The notes beneath the pieces are model-generated. The model saw only the letters and a list, made by a program, of their open reading frames with translations, was not told the DNA's origin and searched no databases. Shown here one piece after another: positions 10,126 to 19,378 of a DNA stretch of 64,000 nt (the first letter of the stretch is position 1; each line of letters opens with the position of its first letter). The DNA comes from an uncultured Candidatus Saccharibacteria bacterium (lineage in GTDB: Bacteria > Patescibacteriota > Saccharimonadia > Saccharimonadales > Saccharimonadaceae), in NCBI GenBank assembly GCA_947302975.1, contig CAMYXA010000002.1, positions 26,627 to 90,626 of the forward strand. Direction: 5' to 3'. The position numbers were made by a program, and so were the translations under genes.

Positions 10126-10674
10126 TTATAGCCAAGCTTTTAGCTTGTTATATTCTTCTGAACCCTCGTCGTATTGCTCCAAAATATCCTCGATATAGGT
10201 TTTGCCGTTCGTGACGTTTAGTGTCTTCACATCCGGCATCGCCGCAAGCATTCTCACAATCGCCTCATCGGTCTCAAAATTTGTCATCGACTTAGTCCCG
10301 TCTGAAGTATGAGAATGGACACGTAGTCTCTCATAGACAAAGCGTTTAATTCCAGCCTGAAGACAATGCTTAAGACAGTTGTCACAAGTTGCGAAGTTGC
10401 AATAAACTGTGCAACCAGTGAGATCTCTTCGTGCAAACAAAGCCGCATTCATCTCAGCATGAACAACCATATGGTATTTCATTGGACGCTCAGTCATCGT
10501 GAGCTTGCTCTCGTCTGCACCTTGAATCAAACCATTGTATCCAGTCGAAACAATGCGGCGATTTTGATCCACAACAATACAACCACATTTGGTCGATGGG
10601 TCTTTCGATTTTAGCGCAACCGTTTCGGCAATTTTTAGGAAATATTCATCCCACGCTAATTGTTTCTGGTCCAT
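10126..10674 (-). CDS. dCMP deaminase (ComEB family)
   Basis: WDEYFL, SKDPSTK, TGYNG, HAEMNA, CDNC zinc motifs; start reassigned to the ATG after GGAGGT. Confidence 0.85.
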   Translation of the reverse strand: MDQKQLAWDEYFLKIAETVALKSKDPSTKCGCIVVDQNRRIVSTGYNGLIQGADESKLTMTERPMKYHMVVHAEMNAALFARRDLTGCTVYCNFATCDNCLKHCLQAGIKRFVYERLRVHSHTSDGTKSMTNFETDEAIVRMLAAMPDVKTLNVTNGKTYIEDILEQYDEGSEEYNKLKAWL

Positions 10675-10766
10675 TTTACCTCCGTTTGGAATCATTATAT
10701 CACGTAGTGGGTTGATTTTTTATTTTCGCATGCTAATAATCCCGAAGATTAAAAAGTGGAGGAAAA

Positions 10767-12392
10767 ATGACCAAAAAATTACTCATATTAGTTTTAATAT
10801 TAGGAACCATTCCGATTCGTTTGCCAAGCGTAGGCGCAATCGAATGCCCGGACGTTGAGCTCGTTTTTGCGCGTGGCTCTGGCGAAGCCCAAAACGAAAG
10901 CGCCAGCTTCAAGGCCTTTCAAGAATCTTTAGCCCCTAAACTCAGTCGCGCCAAAATTTCATATCGTTTCACCGACCTATCTTATCCCGCCATCGCCGTG
11001 GACAATTTCGGAGTTCTCGTCGGCGCTTTCATTAGCGGCGGTGAGGCATATTCTTTAGGCAGTAGCATCAACACTGGCGTCGAAAACCTTTTGCCCCTAG
11101 TTTCCAGTTCTTGCAAAAATACCAAGTTCGTTCTGGCCGGCTATTCGCAGGGCGCCATCGTCCTAGACAAAGCTTTGCCAAAGATAAATCCCGAAAAAAT
11201 CATCTATGTTGCAACTTTTGGCGACCCAAAGCTCTATCTCCCCGAGGGCGAAGGGCTCTTTCCGGCCGCCTGTCAGAACAAAAACTTATCCAGCTACCGC
11301 GCCTACGTTCCCGATTGTCACGCCTTCGAGGGAATCCTCGGCAGCATCCGCCCTTACGAACCCGGCGGATACTCCGGCAAAATCGGCACCTGGTGCAACA
11401 AAAAGGACATCATGTGTAGCAGCCATTTCAGTATCACCGACCACACGTCCTACATCTCCGAAAGTCTCTACGTCGACGCCTCGAAAATCATTTTCGACAA
11501 AATCACCTCGAGCCTAGGTCTCAAAAACACCGAAACTTCTCCTCACGACACCGCCATTTTGATCGACTCAACCGGCTCCATGGAATTCCTGATCGAAAAA
11601 TACAAAACCGAAGCCATTCGTCTCGCCAAGGAAACTCTAAATAGTGACGGCCGCGTTGCGCTCTATGATTATCGCGACCTCGCCGACCCCTATCTTCCGC
11701 AGGCCTACTGCTCATTCGAAACTTGCACACTAGAATCGTTCACTAGAGCAATCGACCAAATCAAAACCGATGGCGGCGGCGACATGCCAGAATCTCTTCT
11801 TTCTGCTGCCTTCGCCGTCATGAAAGAACTAAACTGGCAATTCGGCGCCACGAAGTCCCTCGTCGTCCTAACCGATTCCGGCTTCCACCAACCCGACCGC
11901 GACGGCACCGGCTTTATCGACGTCGTAAACCTTAGTCGCAAAATCGACCCCGTGAATTTCTATGTTATCACCGAGTCAGAAACCGCCCCCGAGTTTGAAG
12001 CGCTCGCTCGCGAGACCGACGGTGCAGTCTATACAAATCTCGACGAACTCTCCCTCGTCACAGAACACATCATGGCTCGCTACGACAGCTTGCCACGCGT
12101 CGAGCCAGAAGAAACCGCAACCGGAGACATCTCGCTAAAGATCCTCGAAACATCTCAAAATGAAGCCACTTTCACGGTCAAATTCGAAACTAGCGCCGAC
12201 GAAGTCCTCGTAGTCTTAAACGACGCCATCCTTGGCCTTGCCAAAGAAAAGGAAATCACCCTAAATAATCTAAACCTAAACACCGACAACACCCTTCGTC
12301 TCGTCCCCATCAAAAACGATAAAAAGGGGACATCAGCAACCCTCGAAATCTCCAGGTTCGTCCCCGGCGTTCCAAACACCGGCGGGCACTAG
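10767..12392 (+). CDS. Secreted cutinase-family hydrolase + vWA domain + Ig-like C-terminus ending VPNTGGH
   Basis: Signal peptide; CPDVELVFARGSGE, GYSQGA nucleophile, KKDIMC acid, DHTSY His; MIDAS-like DSTGSM. Confidence 0.75.
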   Translation: MTKKLLILVLILGTIPIRLPSVGAIECPDVELVFARGSGEAQNESASFKAFQESLAPKLSRAKISYRFTDLSYPAIAVDNFGVLVGAFISGGEAYSLGSSINTGVENLLPLVSSSCKNTKFVLAGYSQGAIVLDKALPKINPEKIIYVATFGDPKLYLPEGEGLFPAACQNKNLSSYRAYVPDCHAFEGILGSIRPYEPGGYSGKIGTWCNKKDIMCSSHFSITDHTSYISESLYVDASKIIFDKITSSLGLKNTETSPHDTAILIDSTGSMEFLIEKYKTEAIRLAKETLNSDGRVALYDYRDLADPYLPQAYCSFETCTLESFTRAIDQIKTDGGGDMPESLLSAAFAVMKELNWQFGATKSLVVLTDSGFHQPDRDGTGFIDVVNLSRKIDPVNFYVITESETAPEFEALARETDGAVYTNLDELSLVTEHIMARYDSLPRVEPEETATGDISLKILETSQNEATFTVKFETSADEVLVVLNDAILGLAKEKEITLNNLNLNTDNTLRLVPIKNDKKGTSATLEISRFVPGVPNTGGH

Positions 12393-12425
12393 CATTTTTG
12401 CGCAATTCATGATATAATTATCGTC

Positions 12426-14246
12426 ATGATTTTAGATAAGAATAAGATTCGAAACGTTGCGATCATCGCCCACGTCGACCACGGAAAAACTACCCTCGTG
12501 GATGGGCTTCTTAAGCAATCGCACACTTTTCGTGATAACCAAGCCGAGATGTCTCAGACTCTCATCATGGACTCCATGGATCAGGAGCATGAGCGCGGTA
12601 TCACCATTACCGCAAAACAAACTGCCGTTTTCTATAACGACTACAAGATCAACATTATCGATACCCCAGGCCACGCCGATTTCTCCGGTGAAGTCGAGCG
12701 CACCCTCAACATGGCCGACGGTGTCATCCTCGTCGTTGATGCCCAAGAAGGCCCAATGCCACAAACCAAGTTTGTGCTTCAAAAAGCCCTCAGCCTCAAA
12801 CTTCGTCCAGTCGTCATTATCAATAAAATTGATAAGCCAGCCGCTCGCATCGAAGAAGTTGAAAGCGAAATCGCCGACCTCTTCCTCGAACTCGCAACCG
12901 ACGAATCCCAGCTTAATTACCCAATTTACTACGCTATCGCACGCGACGGCAAAGCTGGCAAAACCCCAGAACTCGACAACGATCTTCACGTAATTTTCGA
13001 ATCTATTATCAATGATATTCCAGCACCAAAAGTTGACCCAGAATCAGACAAAGGTGCTCAACTCTTGGTCGCTGCTCTTGCAGCCGACAACTACCTCGGC
13101 AAATATTGTATCGGCAAAATCTTCCGTGGCACCTTCAAGAAAGGCCAAACCGTCAAAATTCTTCAAAACGGAGTCTCAAAGAACGCCAAAATCGATAAAC
13201 TCTTCACCTATAAAGGTCTCGGCAAGGAAGAAGTCGAATCTGCTATTGCAGGTGATATCGTCGCTATCGTCGGAACCGGCGAAGCAAATATCGGCGACAC
13301 TATCGCAACTGGCGACAACCCGGAAGCTCTCCCAACCATCGAACTCGAGCCACCAACACTCTCAATCTACATTGGCCCAAACACTTCACCCTTGAAGGGC
13401 AAAGAAGGCGAATTTACGACTTCCCGCCAAATCGCCGAACGTCTCGAAAAAGAACTTGAAACGAACATCGCTCTCAAAATCGTTCCAGATGGACTTGGCT
13501 ACAAAGTCTCTGGTCGTGGCGAGCTCCACCTTTCAGTTCTTATCGAAACTATGCGCCGCGAAGGTTACGAACTCGAAGCTGGTCGTCCAGAAGTCGTTTA
13601 CAAAGAAATCAATGGCGAGAAATGCGAACCAATCGAAAACCTCACTATCGAAGTTGAACCAGAATATGTTGGTGCCGTTTCTCAAGAACTTGGCATCCGA
13701 AAAGCCGAACTAAAGACTCAGGAGCTAACCTCAACTGGCGCAACCAGATTCACCTACGAAATCTCAACCGCTGCATTAATCGGTCTTCGCAATATGCTCA
13801 TGACCGCAACCAAGGGAACCGTTCTCATGTCTAGCATTCCATGCGGCTATCGCCCAGCTGATGCAAAATATAAACCAGAACGTAACGGTGCCCTCATCTC
13901 ATTCGAATCTGGCGTTTCTACCGCTTATGCGCTCGACGCCGCTCAGGCTCGTGGTATCCTATTTATTCCACCACAGGTTCCAGTCTATCAAGGCATGATC
14001 GTAGGTCTCTCCAACAAAAAGGAAGATATCGACATCAACATCTGTCGCGAGAAACAGCTCACCAACATGCGTACCCACGCATCCGATGGTGCTATTCAGC
14101 TCACTCCATACACCCAGCTCTCTCTCGAGCAGTGCTTGGACTTCCTTCTAGATGACGAGCTCCTCGAAGTTACTCCAAAGTCACTTCGTTTGAGGAAGCG
14201 CCAACTCGACCCAATCAAGCGAAAACGCGAAAACCGCATCGCTTAG
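12426..14246 (+). CDS. typA: Translational GTPase TypA/BipA
   Basis: [37 protein letters not shown] motifs. Confidence 0.97.
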   Translation: MILDKNKIRNVAIIAHVDHGKTTLVDGLLKQSHTFRDNQAEMSQTLIMDSMDQEHERGITITAKQTAVFYNDYKINIIDTPGHADFSGEVERTLNMADGVILVVDAQEGPMPQTKFVLQKALSLKLRPVVIINKIDKPAARIEEVESEIADLFLELATDESQLNYPIYYAIARDGKAGKTPELDNDLHVIFESIINDIPAPKVDPESDKGAQLLVAALAADNYLGKYCIGKIFRGTFKKGQTVKILQNGVSKNAKIDKLFTYKGLGKEEVESAIAGDIVAIVGTGEANIGDTIATGDNPEALPTIELEPPTLSIYIGPNTSPLKGKEGEFTTSRQIAERLEKELETNIALKIVPDGLGYKVSGRGELHLSVLIETMRREGYELEAGRPEVVYKEINGEKCEPIENLTIEVEPEYVGAVSQELGIRKAELKTQELTSTGATRFTYEISTAALIGLRNMLMTATKGTVLMSSIPCGYRPADAKYKPERNGALISFESGVSTAYALDAAQARGILFIPPQVPVYQGMIVGLSNKKEDIDINICREKQLTNMRTHASDGAIQLTPYTQLSLEQCLDFLLDDELLEVTPKSLRLRKRQLDPIKRKRENRIA

Positions 14247-14262
14247 AGAACCCAGAATAGGA

Positions 14263-14289
14263 AAAAGCCCGGACGTTGTCCGGGCTTTT
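14263..14289. terminator. Bidirectional intrinsic terminator
   Basis: AAAA-GCCCGGAC-gtt-GTCCGGGC-TTTT. Confidence 0.85.
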
Positions 14290-14366
14290 GGTGTGGTGAA
14301 TTATTCAATTTTAATGTTCTTTTGACGCTGAAAATCTCTGTTGTATTCACCAGGTTAATAAGTTAC

Positions 14367-14549
14367 TCAACCCCCGTATAGTGCTTCCTTGTAGAATTCT
14401 ACAATGGCCGTAGGCGATTTGCGAGGATAGCTCTTGTCGAGCTCTGAAAGTATGATTTTTTCACGTTCAGAGTCCGGCAAATGGCAATAGTCGCTAATTT
14501 CTAAAACGGCACAAATTTTAGCCGTGGGGTTGCTTGATGTTTCCTGCAT
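14367..14549 (-). CDS. 60-aa hypothetical protein
   Basis: AAAAGGAGGTGGATTT-ATG with upstream TGTTATAAT; lies within the tracked 94-aa ORF. Confidence 0.5.
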   Translation of the reverse strand: MQETSSNPTAKICAVLEISDYCHLPDSEREKIILSELDKSYPRKSPTAIVEFYKEALYGG

Positions 14550-14649
14550 AAATCCACCTCCTTTTATGCATAGAATTCGCACTACTAGTTTCATTATAAC
14601 ACTACTCTCGAGATTTTTAAAGACTTTTCGGGCGTGATAAAATATAAAC

Positions 14650-15456
14650 ATGTTAATTGATTCGCATTGCCATCTTCACGATCGTGAATTTTTCTCCGAA
14701 GAAGCCGCCGAAGCTGCGCTTTCTCACGCGCGCGAAAACGGTGTCGAGAAAATCATTTGCATCGGCACCGATCCAAAAGATTCGCTTGCCGCTCGTGACT
14801 TCTCCCTCTCGCATGAAAATGTTTTCTGGACCTACGGAATCCACCCATCGGAATGGAGGAGCGCAAGTGGCGTTTCGCAGTCGCAACTCGGAGCCTGCTG
14901 GCGAGAATTAGGAGCCGAGCCCCGTAAAGACGGGCGCGAGGACTCCGGCGACAAGAAATGCCACCGCGTATCTCCAGTTGCGATTGGTGAAGTCGGGCTA
15001 GATTATCATTTCGGAAGCGAAGACAAAGACGAGCAAATCAAACTCTTTAACGAAATGTTGCAACTCGCAAAAGACAACGACCTTCCTCTCAGTTTTCACG
15101 TTCGCGAAGCCTTTGACGATTTCTTTGGTGTCGTCGCAAATTTCCCAGAAGTCCGTGGCGTCATTCATAGTTTCACCGACAGCAAAAAGACCCTAAATAA
15201 AATCCTAAACAACACCGATTTCTACGTTGGCGTAAATGGCCTCGCCACCTACAGCACCCTCCCGCTTCCACCGCTCGACCGCATTCTTCTCGAAACCGAC
15301 GCCCCATTCTTAGCCCCGGTTCCATTCCGTGGCCAAACCAATGAGCCGGCTTATATTAAAAACATCGCCGAATGGCTAGCAGGGAAGCTCGAAATGAGCG
15401 CCGAGGAAATCGCCGAAAAAACCACCGAAAACGTCACGAAACTATTCCACATATAG
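14650..15456 (+). CDS. tatD: TatD-family DNase with an in-frame insertion
   Basis: IDSHCHL, GIHP, AIGEVGLDY, HVRE, HSF, LETDAPFL motifs. Confidence 0.93.
   Translation: MLIDSHCHLHDREFFSEEAAEAALSHARENGVEKIICIGTDPKDSLAARDFSLSHENVFWTYGIHPSEWRSASGVSQSQLGACWRELGAEPRKDGREDSGDKKCHRVSPVAIGEVGLDYHFGSEDKDEQIKLFNEMLQLAKDNDLPLSFHVREAFDDFFGVVANFPEVRGVIHSFTDSKKTLNKILNNTDFYVGVNGLATYSTLPLPPLDRILLETDAPFLAPVPFRGQTNEPAYIKNIAEWLAGKLEMSAEEIAEKTTENVTKLFHI
14854..14976. repeat. Nested palindromic element in frame within tatD
   Basis: Stems 14867-14876/14955-14964, 14880-14884/14948-14952, 14889-14893/14943-14947, 14921-14925/14930-14934. Confidence 0.65.
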
Positions 15457-15477
15457 GTCTTATGCTAAAATAAAAGC

Positions 15478-15903
15478 ATGACAAAGCAGAAGAAAATCTC
15501 AATCATCATCTTTATTCTTGGACTTATCGTGCTTGCTGCTGGCGGCGCACTGCTCGGCTACAAGTTTTTGAAGAAACCGTCCATCCGCGATGGCGAATAC
15601 CTCGTCAGCGTTGGCGAGTGGCAACTCGAAGGCGATGATTCTGTGATCTGGAAATTTACCGAAATCGGCAAAGGCGTCATCACGACTGACGCTCACGCTA
15701 GCGATTTTGATTTCATCTGGGCTATCGATGGCGACGTTTTGAAGCTCGAAACTTCGTGGCACTACCTCGTCGACAACGAATATCATTATTCTTTGAATCA
15801 ATCCGAAAACAAACTCACCCTAACCGAAAACGACAAAACCTACACCCTCGTCAAATACGAAGCGCCAACTGAAGAGATCCAAGACGAATCTGAAGAAGAT
15901 TAG
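15478..15903 (+). CDS. Membrane-anchored hypothetical protein (beta-rich ectodomain)
   Basis: N-terminal TM helix, acidic tail, core-like codon usage. Confidence 0.7.
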   Translation: MTKQKKISIIIFILGLIVLAAGGALLGYKFLKKPSIRDGEYLVSVGEWQLEGDDSVIWKFTEIGKGVITTDAHASDFDFIWAIDGDVLKLETSWHYLVDNEYHYSLNQSENKLTLTENDKTYTLVKYEAPTEEIQDESEED

Positions 15904-17363
15904 TTTATATCAACTTCCGTTCCAGAAGTTGCATTGATGCCAAGATTTGAGAGCACCACCATCTCGTCATCCGGGATGAGATGGGTTGCGTGTAGTTCCG
16001 CTCCACGAAGTTTATCGAGATTATCAACGGCCTTTTTGACAATTGGGTTCGTCGTCGAACAAATCGAAAGCGCAACCAAAACTTCACCGAACTTGAGGTA
16101 GCTCTCACGGAAATTTGAAGTCCTATTTTTAATATCCAAAATCGGCTCAAGCACTGCCGGCGAAATCAAATCCACTTCGTCTGGAATCTTAGTAAGATGC
16201 TTAATTGCGTTTAGCATCGTGCTGGAAATTGGGGAAAGATAGCCAGTTTTTCGGCCCACGATATACTTCTTGCCAATTTGAATCGCTGCGCTCGGCAAAT
16301 TGCCAGCCGCAATACGTTTTTCTTCCGCCTTCTTCACCACGACACGATCTTTTTCGGAAATCTCGAGCTCGTTCATGAGAAGCTTAATGCGTTCCGGAAT
16401 AATCGGCTCAGCAATGCCGCGCTTCACATCAGTTAGCGCGCGATAGTAGCGACGGATAATCTCAGCTTTGGCCGCTTCTTTTGCCGCTTCATCATCAGTA
16501 ATACAAAAGCCAATCATGTTCACACCCATATCGGTCGGGGAATAATAAATACTCTTGCCACAAATGCGCGTCAAAATTTCTTTGAGAACCGGAAAAGTCT
16601 CGAGGTCACGGTTATAATTCACGACCGTCTCGCCATATTTCTCAAGATGGAAATAGTCGATCATATTTTTGTCATTAAGATCGGCAGTCGCAGCTTCGTA
16701 GGCGATATTCACAGGGTGTTTTAGAGGCATATTCCAGACTGGGAAAGATTCAAACTTCGCATAACCAACCTTCGAACCACGCTTGGACTCGTGATAAAGC
16801 TGCGAAAGCGCCGTAGCGAGCTTGCCGGAGTTTGGACCCGGAGCCGAAACAATAACGAGTTTTCTGGTCGTCTCAATGTACGGATTCGCGCCATAACCCT
16901 CATCCGAAACAATCGTATCGACATCGGTTGGATAACCCTTGGTGAAGGTATGGAAATAAGTTCTCACATTATAATCTTTGAGTTTCTCAGCAAAATCCTT
17001 GGCCTTCTTCTGACCATCAAATAGTGTAATCACGACCGACGAAACCAAAAGCCCGCGACTTCGGAGGAACTCAATCAAACGCAAAACTTCCGTCTCATAA
17101 GAGATCATGCGGTCAGCGCGGATTTTGGATTTTTCGATCGCGTTTGCGTTGATACAAAGAATAATTTCAGCTTCGTTTTTAAGCTCTTGCAGGAGACGGA
17201 TTTTGAGGTCAGGTTCGTACCCCGGAAGAGTACGCGCAGCGTGTTGGTCATCAATCAGCTTGCCACCAAACTCAATGTAGAGTTTATCAAACATCTTGAT
17301 GCGCTCCATAATCTTCTGCTTCTGGATTCTTAGGTATTTTTTCGCATCAAAACACTTTCTCAT
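15900..17363 (-). CDS. DUF1846/UPF0371 family protein
   Basis: LYIEFGGKL.DD.HAAR.LPG, APGPNSGKLAT, YAKFESFPVWN motifs; SD AAGGAGGT. Confidence 0.85.
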   Translation of the reverse strand: MRKCFDAKKYLRIQKQKIMERIKMFDKLYIEFGGKLIDDQHAARTLPGYEPDLKIRLLQELKNEAEIILCINANAIEKSKIRADRMISYETEVLRLIEFLRSRGLLVSSVVITLFDGQKKAKDFAEKLKDYNVRTYFHTFTKGYPTDVDTIVSDEGYGANPYIETTRKLVIVSAPGPNSGKLATALSQLYHESKRGSKVGYAKFESFPVWNMPLKHPVNIAYEAATADLNDKNMIDYFHLEKYGETVVNYNRDLETFPVLKEILTRICGKSIYYSPTDMGVNMIGFCITDDEAAKEAAKAEIIRRYYRALTDVKRGIAEPIIPERIKLLMNELEISEKDRVVVKKAEEKRIAAGNLPSAAIQIGKKYIVGRKTGYLSPISSTMLNAIKHLTKIPDEVDLISPAVLEPILDIKNRTSNFRESYLKFGEVLVALSICSTTNPIVKKAVDNLDKLRGAELHATHLIPDDEMVVLSNLGINATSGTEVDIN

Positions 17364-17456
17364 GAATTACCTCCTTATAACTCTTTTATTATAGCACGCG
17401 TGAACCGCTATCCTCTAGCTCTTTTTATAGAGCCCAAAATATGTTATAATATATAC

Positions 17457-18602
17457 ATGATTTATCTTGATCACGCCGCCGCTACGCCGGTATCCGAAAA
17501 AGCCAAAAAGGCCATGGAGCCATATTTTTCTGAGCGCTTTTTCAACCCATCCGCTGCCTACCAGGCCTCTGTTGATGTGCGCCGTGATTACGAAGCCGCA
17601 AAAGATCGCATCGCCCACGTCATTGGAGCCAAGGGTGCAGACATCGTCATTACCGCCGGCGCTACTGAGTCTATTAACCTTGCTTTTAACGCCATAAACC
17701 CAGGCGCCGAAGTCCTCATTTCGAGCATCGAGCACGCCTCAGTTTTTGAAGCCGCCAAACGCTTCAAAACCAAAGAAATCACTGTCGACAAAAACGGCAA
17801 AATTCTGATCGAAGACCTCAAAAAGAAACTCGACAAAAACACTGAATTCATCTCCATCAGCCTCGTCTCTGGAGAACTCGGCACCATTGAGCCAATCGCC
17901 GAAGTCGCCAGCCTCGTCAAAGCCGAACGTCTCCGCCGCAAACTTGCCGGCGAAGAGACCCCACTATATCTTCACTGCGATGCCTCGCAAGGCATTGGCC
18001 TCATCGAAGTCAAAGTCGGCCGCCTCGGCGTCGACCTTCTGACCATCAACTCTGCCAAAGTCTATGGACCAAAAGGTGTTGGTGCGCTTTATGTCGGCCA
18101 CAATGTCAAATTGAAACCGCTCGTCGTTGGCGGCGGACAAGAGCTTGGCCTCCGTTCCGGAACCGAAAATGTTGCTGGCGTCATTGGCTTTGCTGCAGCT
18201 ATCGAAGAAGCAGAGAGTCATCTAAACGGCGAAAGGAAGCGCCTGGGTTTACTCCGAAATATCTTAATAAAAGAACTCGAAAAAGTCCCGAATATCGCCT
18301 TCCTCGGAAACGCCAAAAACCAACTCGTGAGCTTTGTTCCTATCTCTGTTCCTGGCGTCGATGCCGAGCGCCTCATCTTTATGCTTGAAAACGAAGAAAT
18401 CTACGTTTCAACCGGCGCCGCCTGCTCCGCCTCGAAGGGAATTAAATCCCGCACTCTCACCGCCATCGGCCTCTCAGACGAAGAAATCGCCGGCTCACTC
18501 CGCATCACAATGGGCCATTTAAACACCGAAGAAAACATCAAACTCGCTGGCGAAAAGATCCGCGAAGCCATCATCGCCGAACAAACCCGCACTGCAAAAT
18601 AG
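17457..18602 (+). CDS. iscS: Cysteine desulfurase (IscS/NifS)
   Basis: IYLDHAAATP, NSAKVYGPKG (PLP Lys), RSGTEN, STGAACS; start reassigned to 17457. Confidence 0.93.
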   Translation: MIYLDHAAATPVSEKAKKAMEPYFSERFFNPSAAYQASVDVRRDYEAAKDRIAHVIGAKGADIVITAGATESINLAFNAINPGAEVLISSIEHASVFEAAKRFKTKEITVDKNGKILIEDLKKKLDKNTEFISISLVSGELGTIEPIAEVASLVKAERLRRKLAGEETPLYLHCDASQGIGLIEVKVGRLGVDLLTINSAKVYGPKGVGALYVGHNVKLKPLVVGGGQELGLRSGTENVAGVIGFAAAIEEAESHLNGERKRLGLLRNILIKELEKVPNIAFLGNAKNQLVSFVPISVPGVDAERLIFMLENEEIYVSTGAACSASKGIKSRTLTAIGLSDEEIAGSLRITMGHLNTEENIKLAGEKIREAIIAEQTRTAK

Positions 18603-18604
18603 AG

Positions 18605-18630
18605 GACCAGCTTGCATAGCTGGTCTTTTT
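18605..18630 (+). terminator. Intrinsic terminator
   Basis: GACCAGCT-tgcat-AGCTGGTC-TTTTT. Confidence 0.8.
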
Positions 18631-18672
18631 GTGTTAAAATATTAAGTATTCTTCTAGAAGGAGGTGGCTAAC

Positions 18673-18888
18673 ATGAAGAAAGCTCTTTTACCTATTATCC
18701 TCTTTTCGTCGGCACTCGTTGCTGGCGCCATCGTAGTCTACAAGATTCTTTCAAAAATACAGAAGGAGTCAGATGACGTTATCTCCCTTGGGGAAGCTGC
18801 GACCATTGCATTCGATGAATGCAAGAGAAAATTTGGAGGCAGTGATTCCTCCGTCATCATTTCGGACTACGCCGAAGAAGGGGAATAA
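18673..18888 (+). CDS. Small membrane-anchored hypothetical protein (71 aa)
   Basis: SD AAGGAGGT, ATG 18673, N-terminal TM, own terminator. Confidence 0.6.
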   Translation: MKKALLPIILFSSALVAGAIVVYKILSKIQKESDDVISLGEAATIAFDECKRKFGGSDSSVIISDYAEEGE

Positions 18889-18898
18889 GTTCCACCGG

Positions 18899-18921
18899 AG
18901 CGGGGCTTTTGCCCCGCTTTT
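18899..18921 (+). terminator. Intrinsic terminator
   Basis: AGCGGGGC-tttt-GCCCCGCT-TTT. Confidence 0.75.
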
Positions 18922-18942
18922 CAAGTTCTAATAATTTGCATT

Positions 18943-18966
18943 AAAAACCGGCACCTTAGTGCCGGT
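18943..18966 (-). terminator. Intrinsic terminator overlapping the stop of the minus-strand ORF
   Basis: ACCGGCAC/GTGCCGGT stem with T-tract on the minus strand. Confidence 0.7.
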
Positions 18967-19294
18967 CATTTTTCTCGTCGTCACCATAGATATCTTTATG
19001 ATAGCGTATCGCGACTCTTGCTAGCAGTAAGCCAATTAAAGCTCCAGCGACCTCACAACCAGCTACTATTGCTCCCCCAGTCGGCCCACCAATAAATAAA
19101 GCAACAATAAATAGGGGCATAGGAACAAATGTAAACCACAACAGAAATTTGGCATGCAAACGCCGGTCCCTCACGCAGGAATCCTCCGGATTATTGAACA
19201 AATGATCAGTCAACCAGAAGGCATATTTCAGTTCAATGATTACATGTGTAACTAGCATAACGAAACCGAGAATTGAACAAATTACTATACCCAT
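18956..19294 (-). CDS. Hypothetical membrane protein (about 3 TM)
   Basis: SD AAAGGGG 8 nt before ATG 19294 (GTG 19303 is an alternative start); own promoter TTGCAC-17-TATAAT. Confidence 0.6.
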   Translation of the reverse strand: MGIVICSILGFVMLVTHVIIELKYAFWLTDHLFNNPEDSCVRDRRLHAKFLLWFTFVPMPLFIVALFIGGPTGGAIVAGCEVAGALIGLLLARVAIRYHKDIYGDDEKNDRH

Positions 19295-19378
19295 ACACAC
19301 CACCCCTTTCTACGAGTTATCTACATATATTATAACATAAGATTCAAAAAAGTGCAACAGATGTGGTATAATTAAAAC

